The translations under genes were made by a program, and so were the position numbers. DNA of 64,000 bases from Syntrophotaleaceae bacterium (GTDB taxonomy: Bacteria > Desulfobacterota > Desulfuromonadia > Desulfuromonadales > Syntrophotaleaceae), in contig JAWKQB010000005.1 in the NCBI GenBank assembly GCA_041390365.1, positions 32,457 to 96,456 of the forward strand, given 5' to 3'. Positions 26,167-34,660 of the stretch are shown here, piece after piece. Under the pieces are notes generated by a model. It had not been told where the DNA came from and ran no database searches. It worked only from the letters and a program-made list of their open reading frames with translations. Positions within the stretch are counted from its first letter, which is position 1. Each line of letters begins with the position of its first letter.

Positions 26167-27996
26167 CTACTCCACCGTCACGCTCTTCGCCAGGTTGCGC
26201 GGCTGGTCGACGTCGGTGCCTTTTAGGACCGCCACGTGGTAGGCGAGGAGCTGGAGGGGGATGGTCAGCAGTACCGGCAGCAGGATCTGCTCCGCTTCCG
26301 GGATCTCGATCACGTCCTCCGCCAGATTGCGCAGTCCCTCGTCGCCCCGATTGCAGATGGCGATGATGCGGCCCGAGCGGGCGGCGACTTCCTGGATATT
26401 GCCGAGGGTCTTTTCGTAGTTAGGGGAGCGGGGAACCAGCACCACCACCGGCAGGTTTTCGTCGATCAGGGCGATGGGACCGTGCTTCATCTCGCCGGCC
26501 GGATAGCCTTCGGCGTGGATGTAGGAAATCTCTTTGAGTTTGAGCGCCCCTTCGAGAGCGATGGGATAGGTGGTGCCGCGGCCCAGATAGAGAAAATCGC
26601 GGGCCCCGTGGTATTTGTGGGCAATACGCTCGATCTCGCCGTCGATCTGCAGAACCTCTTCGAGAAGCAGCGGCAGTTTGACCAGGGAGGCCTGCAGGCT
26701 GAGCCCCTTTTCGCAGCTGATGGTCTCCTTCGCCCGGCCGATGGCCAGGGTGAGCAGCTGCAGCGCCACCAGTTGGGTGGTGAAGGCCTTGGTGGAGGCG
26801 ACGCCGATTTCGGGACCGGCATGGGTGTAGATCACCCCCTGGGAGGCGCGGACGATGGAAGAATCGACAACATTGCAGATGGCGACCGCGAGAGCTCCCT
26901 TTTCCCGGGCCTCGCGCAGAGCGGCGAGGGTGTCGGCGGTTTCGCCGGACTGGGAGATGGCCAGCACCAGGGTCCGCTCGTCGATGACCGGATTGCGGTA
27001 GCGGAATTCGGAGGCGATGTCGACCTCCACCGGGATCCGGCAATATTTCTCGAGGAGGAACTTGCCGACCAGAGCGGCGTGCCAGGAGGTGCCGCAGGCG
27101 ACGATCACCAGCCTCTCGATGCTTGCCAGCTGCTCGGCGGAGAGACCGAGGTCGTCAAGGGCGACGCCGCCGGTTTTTTCGCACAGCCGCCCGGCGAGGG
27201 TATCGGCCACTGCCCGGGGCTGCTCATAGATTTCCTTGAGCATGAAATGACGGTAGCCGCCCTTTTCCGCCATCAGGGGCGACCAGTCGACATGTTTCGC
27301 CGTCTTGGCCTGCAGGCGACCTTCGAGATCGGTGAAAATGACTTCGCGGTCGCGGAACACGGCAACTTCGCCGTCATCGAGATAGACGAACTCGCGGGTA
27401 TGGTTCAGGATGGCCGGGGCGTCGGAAGCGATGAAAAACTCCCGTTCGCCAAGCCCCACCACCAGCGGCGAACCCTGGCGGGCGGCGATCAGCGTGCCGG
27501 GGTCTTCTTCGTTGACGATGCACAGGGCGTAGGCCCCTTTCAGCTCCCGCAGGGCGTGACGCACCGCCGTCTCGAAATTCTCCCCCAGCTTCAGATGCTG
27601 ATTGATGAGATGGCTGATGACTTCGGTGTCGGTCTGGCTCCGGAAGTCATGCCCCAGGCGGACGAGGTTTTCCTTGAGCTCGCGGTGATTCTCGATGATG
27701 CCGTTGTGCACCACGAACACGCCGCCGCCGCGATGGGGATGGGCGTTTTCTTCACAGGGGCGGCCGTGGGTGGCCCAGCGGGTGTGGCCGATCCCCAGGC
27801 TGCCGCCAAGGGGCGTCGCCTCCAGGAGCCGGGCCAGGTTGGCCAGCTTCCCCTCGCTGCGCAGCATCTCGGCGCCGCGGCCGTTGATGGTGCAGATCCC
27901 GGCCGAGTCGTAGCCGCGGTACTCGAGCTTTTCAAGCCCGCCCAAAATGATCGGCGCCGCCTCCCTGCCTCCGACATATCCGACGATTCCGCACAT
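26167..27996 (-). CDS. glmS: glutamine--fructose-6-phosphate aminotransferase (isomerising)
   Basis: 609 aa. [10 protein letters not shown]-terminal nucleophile, two SIS domains, C-terminal ...[10 protein letters not shown]. Confidence 0.97.
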   Translation of the reverse strand: MCGIVGYVGGREAAPIILGGLEKLEYRGYDSAGICTINGRGAEMLRSEGKLANLARLLEATPLGGSLGIGHTRWATHGRPCEENAHPHRGGGVFVVHNGIIENHRELKENLVRLGHDFRSQTDTEVISHLINQHLKLGENFETAVRHALRELKGAYALCIVNEEDPGTLIAARQGSPLVVGLGEREFFIASDAPAILNHTREFVYLDDGEVAVFRDREVIFTDLEGRLQAKTAKHVDWSPLMAEKGGYRHFMLKEIYEQPRAVADTLAGRLCEKTGGVALDDLGLSAEQLASIERLVIVACGTSWHAALVGKFLLEKYCRIPVEVDIASEFRYRNPVIDERTLVLAISQSGETADTLAALREAREKGALAVAICNVVDSSIVRASQGVIYTHAGPEIGVASTKAFTTQLVALQLLTLAIGRAKETISCEKGLSLQASLVKLPLLLEEVLQIDGEIERIAHKYHGARDFLYLGRGTTYPIALEGALKLKEISYIHAEGYPAGEMKHGPIALIDENLPVVVLVPRSPNYEKTLGNIQEVAARSGRIIAICNRGDEGLRNLAEDVIEIPEAEQILLPVLLTIPLQLLAYHVAVLKGTDVDQPRNLAKSVTVE

Positions 27997-28016
27997 GGTT
28001 TGCTCCTTTTAAAATC

Positions 28017-28044
28017 GTGAGGAGTGAGGGGTGAGGAGTAAATC
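28017..28044. repeat. heptamer tandem array, unit GTGAGGR (3-4 units); its last unit overlaps the dehydrogenase stop codon by 2 nt
   Basis: gtgagga gtgaggg gtgagga gtaaatc. Confidence 0.9.
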
Positions 28045-29329
28045 ACAATCTCCACAACCGCATCCCCTGCTCCCGGATAGCGTCGGGGCAGAAGGCGCCC
28101 TTGACGTCCACGAACACCGAGCCGTTCAACAGCTCGCGGAAGGTCTGGGGGGGCAGATGGACGTACTGCTGGTGGGCCACGGCGACGATGACGGCCGAGG
28201 CGGGCTTGAGTTCCTCAAAGGGGACCAAGTCGAAGCCGTATTCATGGGCCACTTCCGCCGGGTCGGCCAGGGGATCGTGGACCTGCACGCCGACCCCGTA
28301 GTCCTGCAGTTCGCGGATGACGTCGATGACCCGCGAATTGCGGATGTCCGGGCAGTTCTCCTTGAAGGTGACGCCGAGCACGGTAACGGTCGATCCGAGG
28401 ATGTTGTGACCGTCGTGGATCATCTCCTTGATGGTCCGCTGGGCAATGAAATGACCCATGCCGTCGTTGATGCGCCGCCCGGCGAGGATGACCTGCGGAT
28501 TGTAGCCGAGGCTTTCCGCCTTGTGAGTGAGGTAGTAGGGATCGACGCCGATGCAGTGGCCGCCGACCAGGCCGGGTTTGAAAGGGAGGAAGTTCCACTT
28601 GGTGGATGCCGCGGCCAGCACCTCGTTGGTGTCGATGTTCATGCGGTCGAAGATGACTGCCAGCTCGTTCATCAGTGCGATGTTGAGATCCCGCTGGGTG
28701 TTTTCGATGACCTTTGCCGCTTCAGCCACCCTGATCGAAGAAGCCCGGTAGACACCGGCGGTCACCACCGATTCGTAGACCCGGGCGACGATGTCGAGGG
28801 TCGCCGCATCCTGGCCGGAAACGACCTTGCGGATCTTGGCGAAGCTGTGCTCCCGGTCCCCCGGGTTGATCCGTTCCGGGCTGTAGCCCAGGGTGAAGTC
28901 CTCCCCGCATTTCAGTCCCGATATCCTCTCCAGGACCGGGGCGCATTCCTCTTCGGTGGCCCCGGGATAGACCGTCGATTCGTAGACCACGATGTCGCCC
29001 TTCTTCAGGGCCCGGCCCACCGTTTCGGAGGCGGCCAGCAGCAGGGACAGATCAGGCCGCTTCGACCCGTCGACCGGCGTCGGCACGGCGACGATGTGAA
29101 AATCGGCCCAATGCAGCTCCTCGACGGCGCTGGTGTAGATCACATCCGTTTCGGCGAGTTCCGGATAGGTGGCCTCCCCGGTGCGGTCGTGGCCGGCCTT
29201 GAGTTCGGCGATCCGCTGCTTGTCGATATCGAACCCGATTGTCCTGCCGACCCTGCCGAAGGCCACCGCTACAGGCAACCCGACATAGCCGAGACCGATC
29301 ACCGAAACTTTGCGTTGATGAATTCCCAT
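28043..29329 (-). CDS. UDP-N-acetyl-hexosamine 6-dehydrogenase (nucleotide-sugar dehydrogenase, TviB/WbpO/WecC group)
   Basis: VSVIGLGYVGLPVAVAFG...GFDID..RI.EL..G.D, VPTPV, GGHCIGVDP catalytic Cys motif. 428 aa. Confidence 0.85.
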   Translation of the reverse strand: MGIHQRKVSVIGLGYVGLPVAVAFGRVGRTIGFDIDKQRIAELKAGHDRTGEATYPELAETDVIYTSAVEELHWADFHIVAVPTPVDGSKRPDLSLLLAASETVGRALKKGDIVVYESTVYPGATEEECAPVLERISGLKCGEDFTLGYSPERINPGDREHSFAKIRKVVSGQDAATLDIVARVYESVVTAGVYRASSIRVAEAAKVIENTQRDLNIALMNELAVIFDRMNIDTNEVLAAASTKWNFLPFKPGLVGGHCIGVDPYYLTHKAESLGYNPQVILAGRRINDGMGHFIAQRTIKEMIHDGHNILGSTVTVLGVTFKENCPDIRNSRVIDVIRELQDYGVGVQVHDPLADPAEVAHEYGFDLVPFEELKPASAVIVAVAHQQYVHLPPQTFRELLNGSVFVDVKGAFCPDAIREQGMRLWRL

Positions 29330-29350
29330 CTGTGCTCCGTTGTAATAAAG

Positions 29351-29472
29351 CCGTAAGGCGTGAGGCGTTGTTTAAAACCCGTAAGGCGTGATGCGTGAAA
29401 CTTAATGGGTAAAATCAACAATCTGTTGTTAGCCTTTCACGCATTACGCATTACGCTTTACGATTTACGGCT
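29351..29472. repeat. inverted pair of heptamer arrays (CCGTAAG/GCGTGAK versus CACGCAT/TACGCWT) able to form a long imperfect hairpin
   Basis: cgtaaggcgtgatgcgtgaaa (29380-29400) is complementary to tttcacgcattacgcattacg (29435-29455) with 2 mismatches in 21. The loop is 34 nt. Confidence 0.9.
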
Positions 29473-29678
29473 TTCTTCGCAAGCGGTCCGGCTATCTCGT
29501 GCTGATGCCAGTAGCCGCATAGGACACAGGTTACCCCTCTGATCTTTCCCTCCGAGACGGTTGCCCGGGTGACATACATGCCGATCCTGGCCTGGCATTT
29601 GGGGCACCTGAGGTGTTCCCGCTTGGCGGGATTGTCCCTGCGGCGGTGAGTCTCACAATCGATGATTCCGCGTTCCAT
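29451..29678 (-). CDS. small zinc-ribbon protein (75 aa), function unknown
   Basis: Two CxxC pairs (CPKC ... CVLC) about 25 aa apart, in a basic protein. The last 9 codons lie in the CNTTACG heptamer array. Coding status is uncertain. Confidence 0.4.
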   Translation of the reverse strand: MERGIIDCETHRRRDNPAKREHLRCPKCQARIGMYVTRATVSEGKIRGVTCVLCGYWHQHEIAGPLAKKAVNRKA

Positions 29679-29724
29679 TGGTATCGCTCCAATTGCTCCT
29701 CTTCGGGCGCGCTTGATTTCACCT

Positions 29725-29752
29725 ATTACGCATTACGTATTACGAATTACGG
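29725..29752. repeat. heptamer tandem array, unit ATTACGN (4 units), overlapping the VKOR-DsbA stop region
   Basis: tattacg cattacg tattacg aattacg. Confidence 0.9.
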
Positions 29753-30711
29753 CTTTTCTTCTCTGCCTCTTTCGAAAGCCGCTCGATCTCCTTCAGAACA
29801 TTGCCGTACCCCTTGTGGGTTTCGCTGCTGCCCTTCTGATAAACCACGAGGGTGGGGGTGCTGCGGATTCCGTCCTCGGTCAAAAGCTGGTTGTAGAAGC
29901 TGAAATCGGCGGGCTGCTCGGGGCAGACCGCGTCGCTGCCCATCTTCCTCAGAAAGGCCTGAAGGGTGGCGGGGGTCGTCAGATCCTCTTTGGCTGCGGC
30001 AAACAGCAGATTCCGGTCGAGGAGCGCTTCGCGGATGCCGACCCCGGGCTTCAGCATGGCGAGAAAGCAGGTGGCATAGAGCGGCGTCGGCCGGTGCATG
30101 GGGACATCGATGAAAACGACCTTTGCCCGGCCGCTTTCGACCAGGGCGACGAGACCCTCTTCCAGCTCCGGTTCTAGCCTTCCGCAGGGGCCGCAGAAGT
30201 AATCGGTGTAGAGGCGGATCTCGGTGGGGCCGGTGCCGAAAACGGGCAGCGCGGAGGGCGACTCCCCATAGCTGACCACCGGGGCCGCGGCGAAGGAGAG
30301 CAGCAGGAACAGAAAACCGAGAGGCACGGCCACCGCCAGCGACCGGAAACGTTTGGCCTGGAAATTGACCAGAAACAAGCCGATCACAACCCCGCCGAAC
30401 GTCAGGCAGAAGGGGCAGTAATCACCGGTGCGCACCTGGTAGCCGATCAGAAAAACCTCCGCCCCGACCCCGCTCGCCAGCATCCACCAGGCCGGCAGAT
30501 GCCAATCCCGGAGAATGCAGAAGGTGAGGGCGCCCAGGTAGAAGATGCCGATCAGGTTCAGGTCAAGCCCGGCCAGGGTACCGCTGACCCCGGCACAGGA
30601 ATCGGAACAGTTCAGGTACAGGATGATCGTTCCGAAACCCACCACCAGCAACGCCAGGCTGATCAGACGCCTGGTGTCCAGCGACGGCAGCAATACTTCG
30701 ATGCGATGCAT
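29740..30711 (-). CDS. VKOR-family membrane thiol oxidoreductase fused to a periplasmic DsbA/thioredoxin-like domain
   Basis: N-terminal 4-5 TM helices with loop cysteines (NCSDSC) and a membrane CPFC. C-terminal YTDYFCGPCGRLEPELEE thioredoxin-fold CxxC. Confidence 0.7.
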   Translation of the reverse strand: MHRIEVLLPSLDTRRLISLALLVVGFGTIILYLNCSDSCAGVSGTLAGLDLNLIGIFYLGALTFCILRDWHLPAWWMLASGVGAEVFLIGYQVRTGDYCPFCLTFGGVVIGLFLVNFQAKRFRSLAVAVPLGFLFLLLSFAAAPVVSYGESPSALPVFGTGPTEIRLYTDYFCGPCGRLEPELEEGLVALVESGRAKVVFIDVPMHRPTPLYATCFLAMLKPGVGIREALLDRNLLFAAAKEDLTTPATLQAFLRKMGSDAVCPEQPADFSFYNQLLTEDGIRSTPTLVVYQKGSSETHKGYGNVLKEIERLSKEAEKKSRNS

Positions 30712-30730
30712 GGGTAATCTCCTGAAAGCA

Positions 30731-30789
30731 GGGGCTAGGGGCTGGGGGGTAAGGGTTATTCAAGACCTCAGTAGCCGATAGCCAGATTC
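30731..30789. repeat. two short heptamer arrays (GGGGCTR x4, then CAGTAGC-type x3)
   Basis: ggggcta ggggctg gggggta agggtta ... cagtagc cgatagc cagattc. Confidence 0.8.
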
Positions 30790-30881
30790 GGGAGCCACTC
30801 TAGTTAGCACTTTTTCGTTATTTATTTGTTTTCTGCTAGAGGTCGGTTAGATCGGAAGGGGGGCATCCTAAACCTTTTTCT

Positions 30882-30965
30882 GAACGCAGATAAATGCGGA
30901 TAAAGGCGGATAAAATCTTCATCGGCTTTAGATATATCTGTGTAAATCCGCCTTTATCTGCGTTC
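30882..30965. repeat. long bulged inverted repeat (20 bp of stem, 10-nt duplicated bulge, 34-nt loop)
   Basis: gaacgcagataaa[tgcggataaa]ggcggat ... atccgcc tttatctgcgttc. Both arms were read directly from the sequence. Confidence 0.85.
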
Positions 30966-30990
30966 GCTCAAAAGTGTTTTTTCCCTTTTC

Positions 30991-31017
30991 TCTGTGAGCT
31001 CTGTGCGCTCTGTGGTG
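30991..31017. repeat. 9-nt direct repeat x3 (TCTGTGNGC)
   Basis: tctgtgagc tctgtgcgc tctgtggtg, just downstream of the parvulin gene stop. Confidence 0.8.
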
Positions 31018-31036
31018 ATAGCTTTTAAAACGGGAT

Positions 31037-32005
31037 TCAAGGAATTATTTCAACCCTTGCGGCGGCTCGGCGGGAGTCAAGGAATTCCTTGATCTGTGGC
31101 CCGGCCTTGGCTGCCCGCACTTCCTGCAGGGCCCTGGATCTGAGATTGTCGAAAGCAGGAAGCTCGGCCACCTGATGTTCCCGGACGAGGATGAGATGGA
31201 CGCCGTCATCGGTCACAACCGGTTCGCTGATCTCACCCGCCGCCAGGGCAAAGGCCACCTCGGAAAAGGGGCGCACCATTTCGACGAAGGTGAAGCAGCC
31301 GAGATCCCCGCCCTGCTCCCTGCTGGGGCAGTCGGAGTGTTTTCGGGCCAGCTCGGCGAAATCCTCCCCGGCCAGGAACCGCTTCCGAAGTTCCCCGATC
31401 TCCCGGCGGACGCGCTGCTGTCCCGACTGGCCCTCCTCGTCGGCAACCGCTTTCAGGATGTGGGCCGCACAAACCTTGTCAGGGCTGCCGAGACTGCCGG
31501 CATGCTCCCGATACCAGGCCTGGGCTTCCTCTTCGGTGACTTTCTGAGCGCGAATGAACCTGACATCGAGAAAATCGCGGATCATTTCACTTCTTGTCAG
31601 CTCTTTGAGCAGCTGCATTTCGTTGACGCCGAGTTCCTGCAGTTCACGGGAAAAGGCCGCTTCGCTGCGGAATTGCGATTTCAGGGCGGCGAGCTTTTTC
31701 ATGGCCGCGGGTCCGTTCGGCTTCCAGCCGGCGTTCACCGCTTCCTGATAGAGAATTTCCCGCCGGATCAGGCTTTCCAGAAGATCCTCGCGACCGACCG
31801 GCGGGGCAACCGTCACCAATCCGCCGGGAGCCGCCTGGCGCAGTTGACGCCGCCACTGCCATTCCAGCTCCCCGGCGGTGATCGGGACATCATTCACCCG
31901 CGCAATGACCCGCTCCGGATTCTGTTCGCCGGCAAAAAGCGGGGAGACACTTAAAAGGAGGATGCAACCAAGCAAGGTGAAAACAAGGGGATATCGAAAT
32001 AGCAT
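31037..32005 (-). CDS. secreted parvulin-type peptidyl-prolyl isomerase (SurA/PpiC-like; EpsD-type position in PEP-CTERM loci)
   Basis: Signal peptide MLFRYPLVFTLLGCILLLSVSPLFA. SurA-like N-domain. Rotamase core AAHILK...FAELARKHSDCPS...GGDLGCF....MV.PF..VAF.L..GEIS.PV.T..G.HLI. Confidence 0.8.
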   Translation of the reverse strand: MLFRYPLVFTLLGCILLLSVSPLFAGEQNPERVIARVNDVPITAGELEWQWRRQLRQAAPGGLVTVAPPVGREDLLESLIRREILYQEAVNAGWKPNGPAAMKKLAALKSQFRSEAAFSRELQELGVNEMQLLKELTRSEMIRDFLDVRFIRAQKVTEEEAQAWYREHAGSLGSPDKVCAAHILKAVADEEGQSGQQRVRREIGELRKRFLAGEDFAELARKHSDCPSREQGGDLGCFTFVEMVRPFSEVAFALAAGEISEPVVTDDGVHLILVREHQVAELPAFDNLRSRALQEVRAAKAGPQIKEFLDSRRAAARVEIIP

Positions 32006-32040
32006 TATCTATCTCTTTTAAAATTTAAATCCACAAATGC

Positions 32041-32136
32041 GTTAGGTGTGAGGAGTGAGGCGTAAAAGCCTTTTACCAATCACGCATTACGCTTTACGAA
32101 TTACGGACTTCGAATTTACCAGCCACCAGCCCCTGC
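32041..32136. repeat. heptamer arrays: GTGAGGN x3-4, then CACGCAT/TACGNNT x5 running into CCACCAG-type units
   Basis: gttaggt gtgagga gtgaggc gtaaaag ... cacgcat tacgctt tacgaat tacggac ttcgaat ttaccag ccaccag. Confidence 0.9.
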
Positions 32137-32139
32137 CTT

Positions 32140-32943
32140 TCACTGCAACGTATTCTTGATCACTTTCTGCCGATAGTTCTGAACCAGGTGTTCGACTTCA
32201 ATCTTTTTCAGGCCGGTGATCGGTTCCTTGGCCAGCAGGGCGGAAAACACTCCCTTGTTTTCGTAGGCGTCGAGCAGGTCGGAGGCAGCCGCGCTCAATT
32301 CGGCGTTGTGGGCCGTGCAGCGGTCCCGCTGCCCGGTAGTGTACTGGAGCTTTTTCTCCAGCTGCTGCCCGGTCGCCGCCAGCTTATCGGACTTATCGTT
32401 GGCCTGTTTCAGGGCGGTTTTCAGCTGGCCGTTTTCAGTCTTCAGCTGTTCGTTGCGGGCCTTCTCCGCCGTCATCTTCTCGTTCGTCCGGGCGATCTCC
32501 TGCTGCAATTCCCGGATCTGCCGCTGGGCCTTTCCCACCGAGGTCTGGCTGTTCTGCACCAGCCCGTCGTACTCCTCCTGGAGCTTGTCCAGCTGGGTTT
32601 TCAGGGTTTCGCTCAGCCGCTGGGCCTGTTCGGCCCGGACCCTTTCTTCCGCGTGGCGGCGCTGCAGCTGGTCCATTTGGCCATTCAGTTCGGCCACCTG
32701 TTGAAGATGGGCCCGCTGGGTCCTGCTGTGCTGAAAAAATCCGAAGCCCCCCCCAGCCATGGCAAACAGCAGTACCCCGATCAGGGCGAACATCCAGGGC
32801 CGTGCGGACTGCCCGGAGCCCTGCTCCTGCGGATCCGACGCTCGGGGCGGTTCCAGTCCTGAAGGTGGGGCGATCTTCACGCTCGGCGTTGCGGGCGCCT
32901 CCGGTGATGGTGCGTTGTCATTCTGCCGGCCGGGAATTTTCAT
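32140..32943 (-). CDS. membrane-anchored coiled-coil protein, function unknown
   Basis: Trimmed to the ATG at 32943 (MKIPGRQNDN...). One TM (PWMFALIGVLLFAMAGGGFGFF), then about 170 aa of heptad-like Q/E/K-rich sequence. Confidence 0.55.
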   Translation of the reverse strand: MKIPGRQNDNAPSPEAPATPSVKIAPPSGLEPPRASDPQEQGSGQSARPWMFALIGVLLFAMAGGGFGFFQHSRTQRAHLQQVAELNGQMDQLQRRHAEERVRAEQAQRLSETLKTQLDKLQEEYDGLVQNSQTSVGKAQRQIRELQQEIARTNEKMTAEKARNEQLKTENGQLKTALKQANDKSDKLAATGQQLEKKLQYTTGQRDRCTAHNAELSAAASDLLDAYENKGVFSALLAKEPITGLKKIEVEHLVQNYRQKVIKNTLQ

Positions 32944-32960
32944 GGCGATTTCCTTTAATC

Positions 32961-33037
32961 CGTAAGTCGTAAGACATAAAACGTAAGGGGTAGAGATTAA
33001 AACCAATTACGCTTTACGCATCACGCTTTACGATGTT
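32961..33037. repeat. 11 in-phase heptamers switching from CGTAAGN to the complementary CGCTTTA/CGCATCA orientation
   Basis: cgtaagt cgtaaga cataaaa cgtaagg ggtagag attaaaa ccaatta cgcttta cgcatca cgcttta cgatgtt. Confidence 0.9.
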
Positions 33038-34545
33038 TAAAACTTCGCATTCAGATCCACCTGCAGGGTGTCGACGCCGAGCTGTTCCCGCTCGATCTCG
33101 TCGGATGACTGCCACTTGGCGCTGAGCCAGGTATTCTTCATCAGACCGAATTCTGCGCCGGCCACCCAGCCCTTGGAGTTGGTGCCGCCGAGGTGGAAGT
33201 CGGAATCGGTGAAGGAACTGAGTACTGCGTCGGCCTCGATGTATCGATAGTAGCCGTAAACGTTCCAGCGTCCCAAATCGTCGACCTTTTCGTGGCCGAT
33301 GGCGGCACCGAACATATAGCCCATATCCTGGTCGCCTTCGAAGAATTCGAAGCCGCTCCGTTCATCCACCTCCTCTTTGTCATAGCCGATATTCTTGACA
33401 TACTCGCCGAGAAACACCAGATGGATGGGATCCCATAAAGCGATGTCGAGGGTGGCGAGGATGTCGAGTTCATGGAAATCGGCGGCAAGGCCGACGATGC
33501 TGTCCCCGCCGAGGTTCAGAATCGGGGTATTGTCAAGTTGCAGGGACCTGGGGGAGGCATCCTCCTCGAGAGAAGTATCCCCTCCAAGGGGGTCCGTCTG
33601 CTGCCGCCCCTCGGTGTGGGTGAAATGGTAGTAGGCGGCGGCCATGTTGAAACGGACCAGGTCATGGCGGCCAACGTTGATTCCGACCTGCCCGCCATAG
33701 AGCCATTTATCCTTTTCAGACCGCTCGATCTCCTGAATGGGGAAGGCACCGACCGTGGCGAAGGCTCCAAGCCAGTCGAGGTACTGCTGGCGGTAGGTAA
33801 GGGCCAGTCCCTCGAAGTTCAGGTCCTTGTCCCAGATTAGGTCGGTAGAGAACCAGGGGTTGGGGATACGGCCGCCGGTGACGGACAGCAGCGGGATCGG
33901 CCGCCACTCCAGATAGGCTTGGTCGAAAAGCACGCTGTCCTTGTTGAAGGTATCGCCAAGCGTGTCGTTGGTGGAGATTGGATCATCGTCGTTGCCGGTC
34001 GCCAGGCGAAAGGCCGCCTTGAGTTCGTCGGTGACCTGCGCGGCCAGAGAGATGCGGGCACGGTAGCGGAAACGCTGACGATCCTCGGTGGTGTTGATAA
34101 TGGAGTCAAGATCATTGGGATCCGGAAAAGATTCGAAATTCCCCTCATCAAAATAATCACCCTGATACCGCAGGCGGATGTCGCCGCCGATCTTGATCCG
34201 ATTCAGCCAATCGGGCAGTTTGATGGCCGGCTGCGCGGGTGCAGCCTGGGTGGCAGGGGCGGGCGAGGAGGTCAGCCGGACTGAACCGTCCGCACTTTCG
34301 ACCGCTCTCACCGGAGCCCTTTCCTCCCGGATTTCGGCTGCAGGCACCTCAACCACAGACCGCTTCTGCAGCATTACGGCCTCGTCCGCGCTCAGCACCC
34401 CCTTCTCCCGCAACAGATCGATCAGGGCGGACAGATCGACATTGCCGCCACCGCCGGAAACCGCGGCAGAGGAATGCATGGGTGCCAACAGAAAACATCC
34501 GATCATCAAAAGCCCGCTTAAAAACAGCGCAAATGGCTGCAGCAT
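33037..34545 (-). CDS. outer-membrane beta-barrel (porin-like) protein, not a TonB-dependent receptor
   Basis: ATG at 34545 with an AGGAGGA SD. Signal peptide MLQPFALFLSGLLMIGCFLLAPMHSSAAV. Aromatic-rich alternating strands and a C-terminal ...VDLNAKF beta-barrel signature. About 500 aa with no plug-domain or TonB-box pattern. Confidence 0.55.
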   Translation of the reverse strand: MLQPFALFLSGLLMIGCFLLAPMHSSAAVSGGGGNVDLSALIDLLREKGVLSADEAVMLQKRSVVEVPAAEIREERAPVRAVESADGSVRLTSSPAPATQAAPAQPAIKLPDWLNRIKIGGDIRLRYQGDYFDEGNFESFPDPNDLDSIINTTEDRQRFRYRARISLAAQVTDELKAAFRLATGNDDDPISTNDTLGDTFNKDSVLFDQAYLEWRPIPLLSVTGGRIPNPWFSTDLIWDKDLNFEGLALTYRQQYLDWLGAFATVGAFPIQEIERSEKDKWLYGGQVGINVGRHDLVRFNMAAAYYHFTHTEGRQQTDPLGGDTSLEEDASPRSLQLDNTPILNLGGDSIVGLAADFHELDILATLDIALWDPIHLVFLGEYVKNIGYDKEEVDERSGFEFFEGDQDMGYMFGAAIGHEKVDDLGRWNVYGYYRYIEADAVLSSFTDSDFHLGGTNSKGWVAGAEFGLMKNTWLSAKWQSSDEIEREQLGVDTLQVDLNAKF

Positions 34546-34626
34546 ACTTTCCTCCTGGGTATTTGAAAAAGTAATCAACAATTAGAAGCCGTAATACATT
34601 GTGCGTAAGGCACAATAGGTTTTAAC

Positions 34627-34654
34627 CCCTCACTCCTCACCCCTCACTCCTCAC
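34627..34654. repeat. heptamer tandem array, unit YCCTCAC (reverse orientation of GTGAGGR), 4 units
   Basis: ccctcac tcctcac ccctcac tcctcac. Confidence 0.9.
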
Positions 34655-34660
34655 GCGTTC

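Noticed and set aside
33037-34545. Calling the barrel after tonB a TonB-dependent receptor
   Set aside because: It is only about 500 aa, and I found no plug domain or TonB-box pattern. I annotated it as a generic beta-barrel instead.
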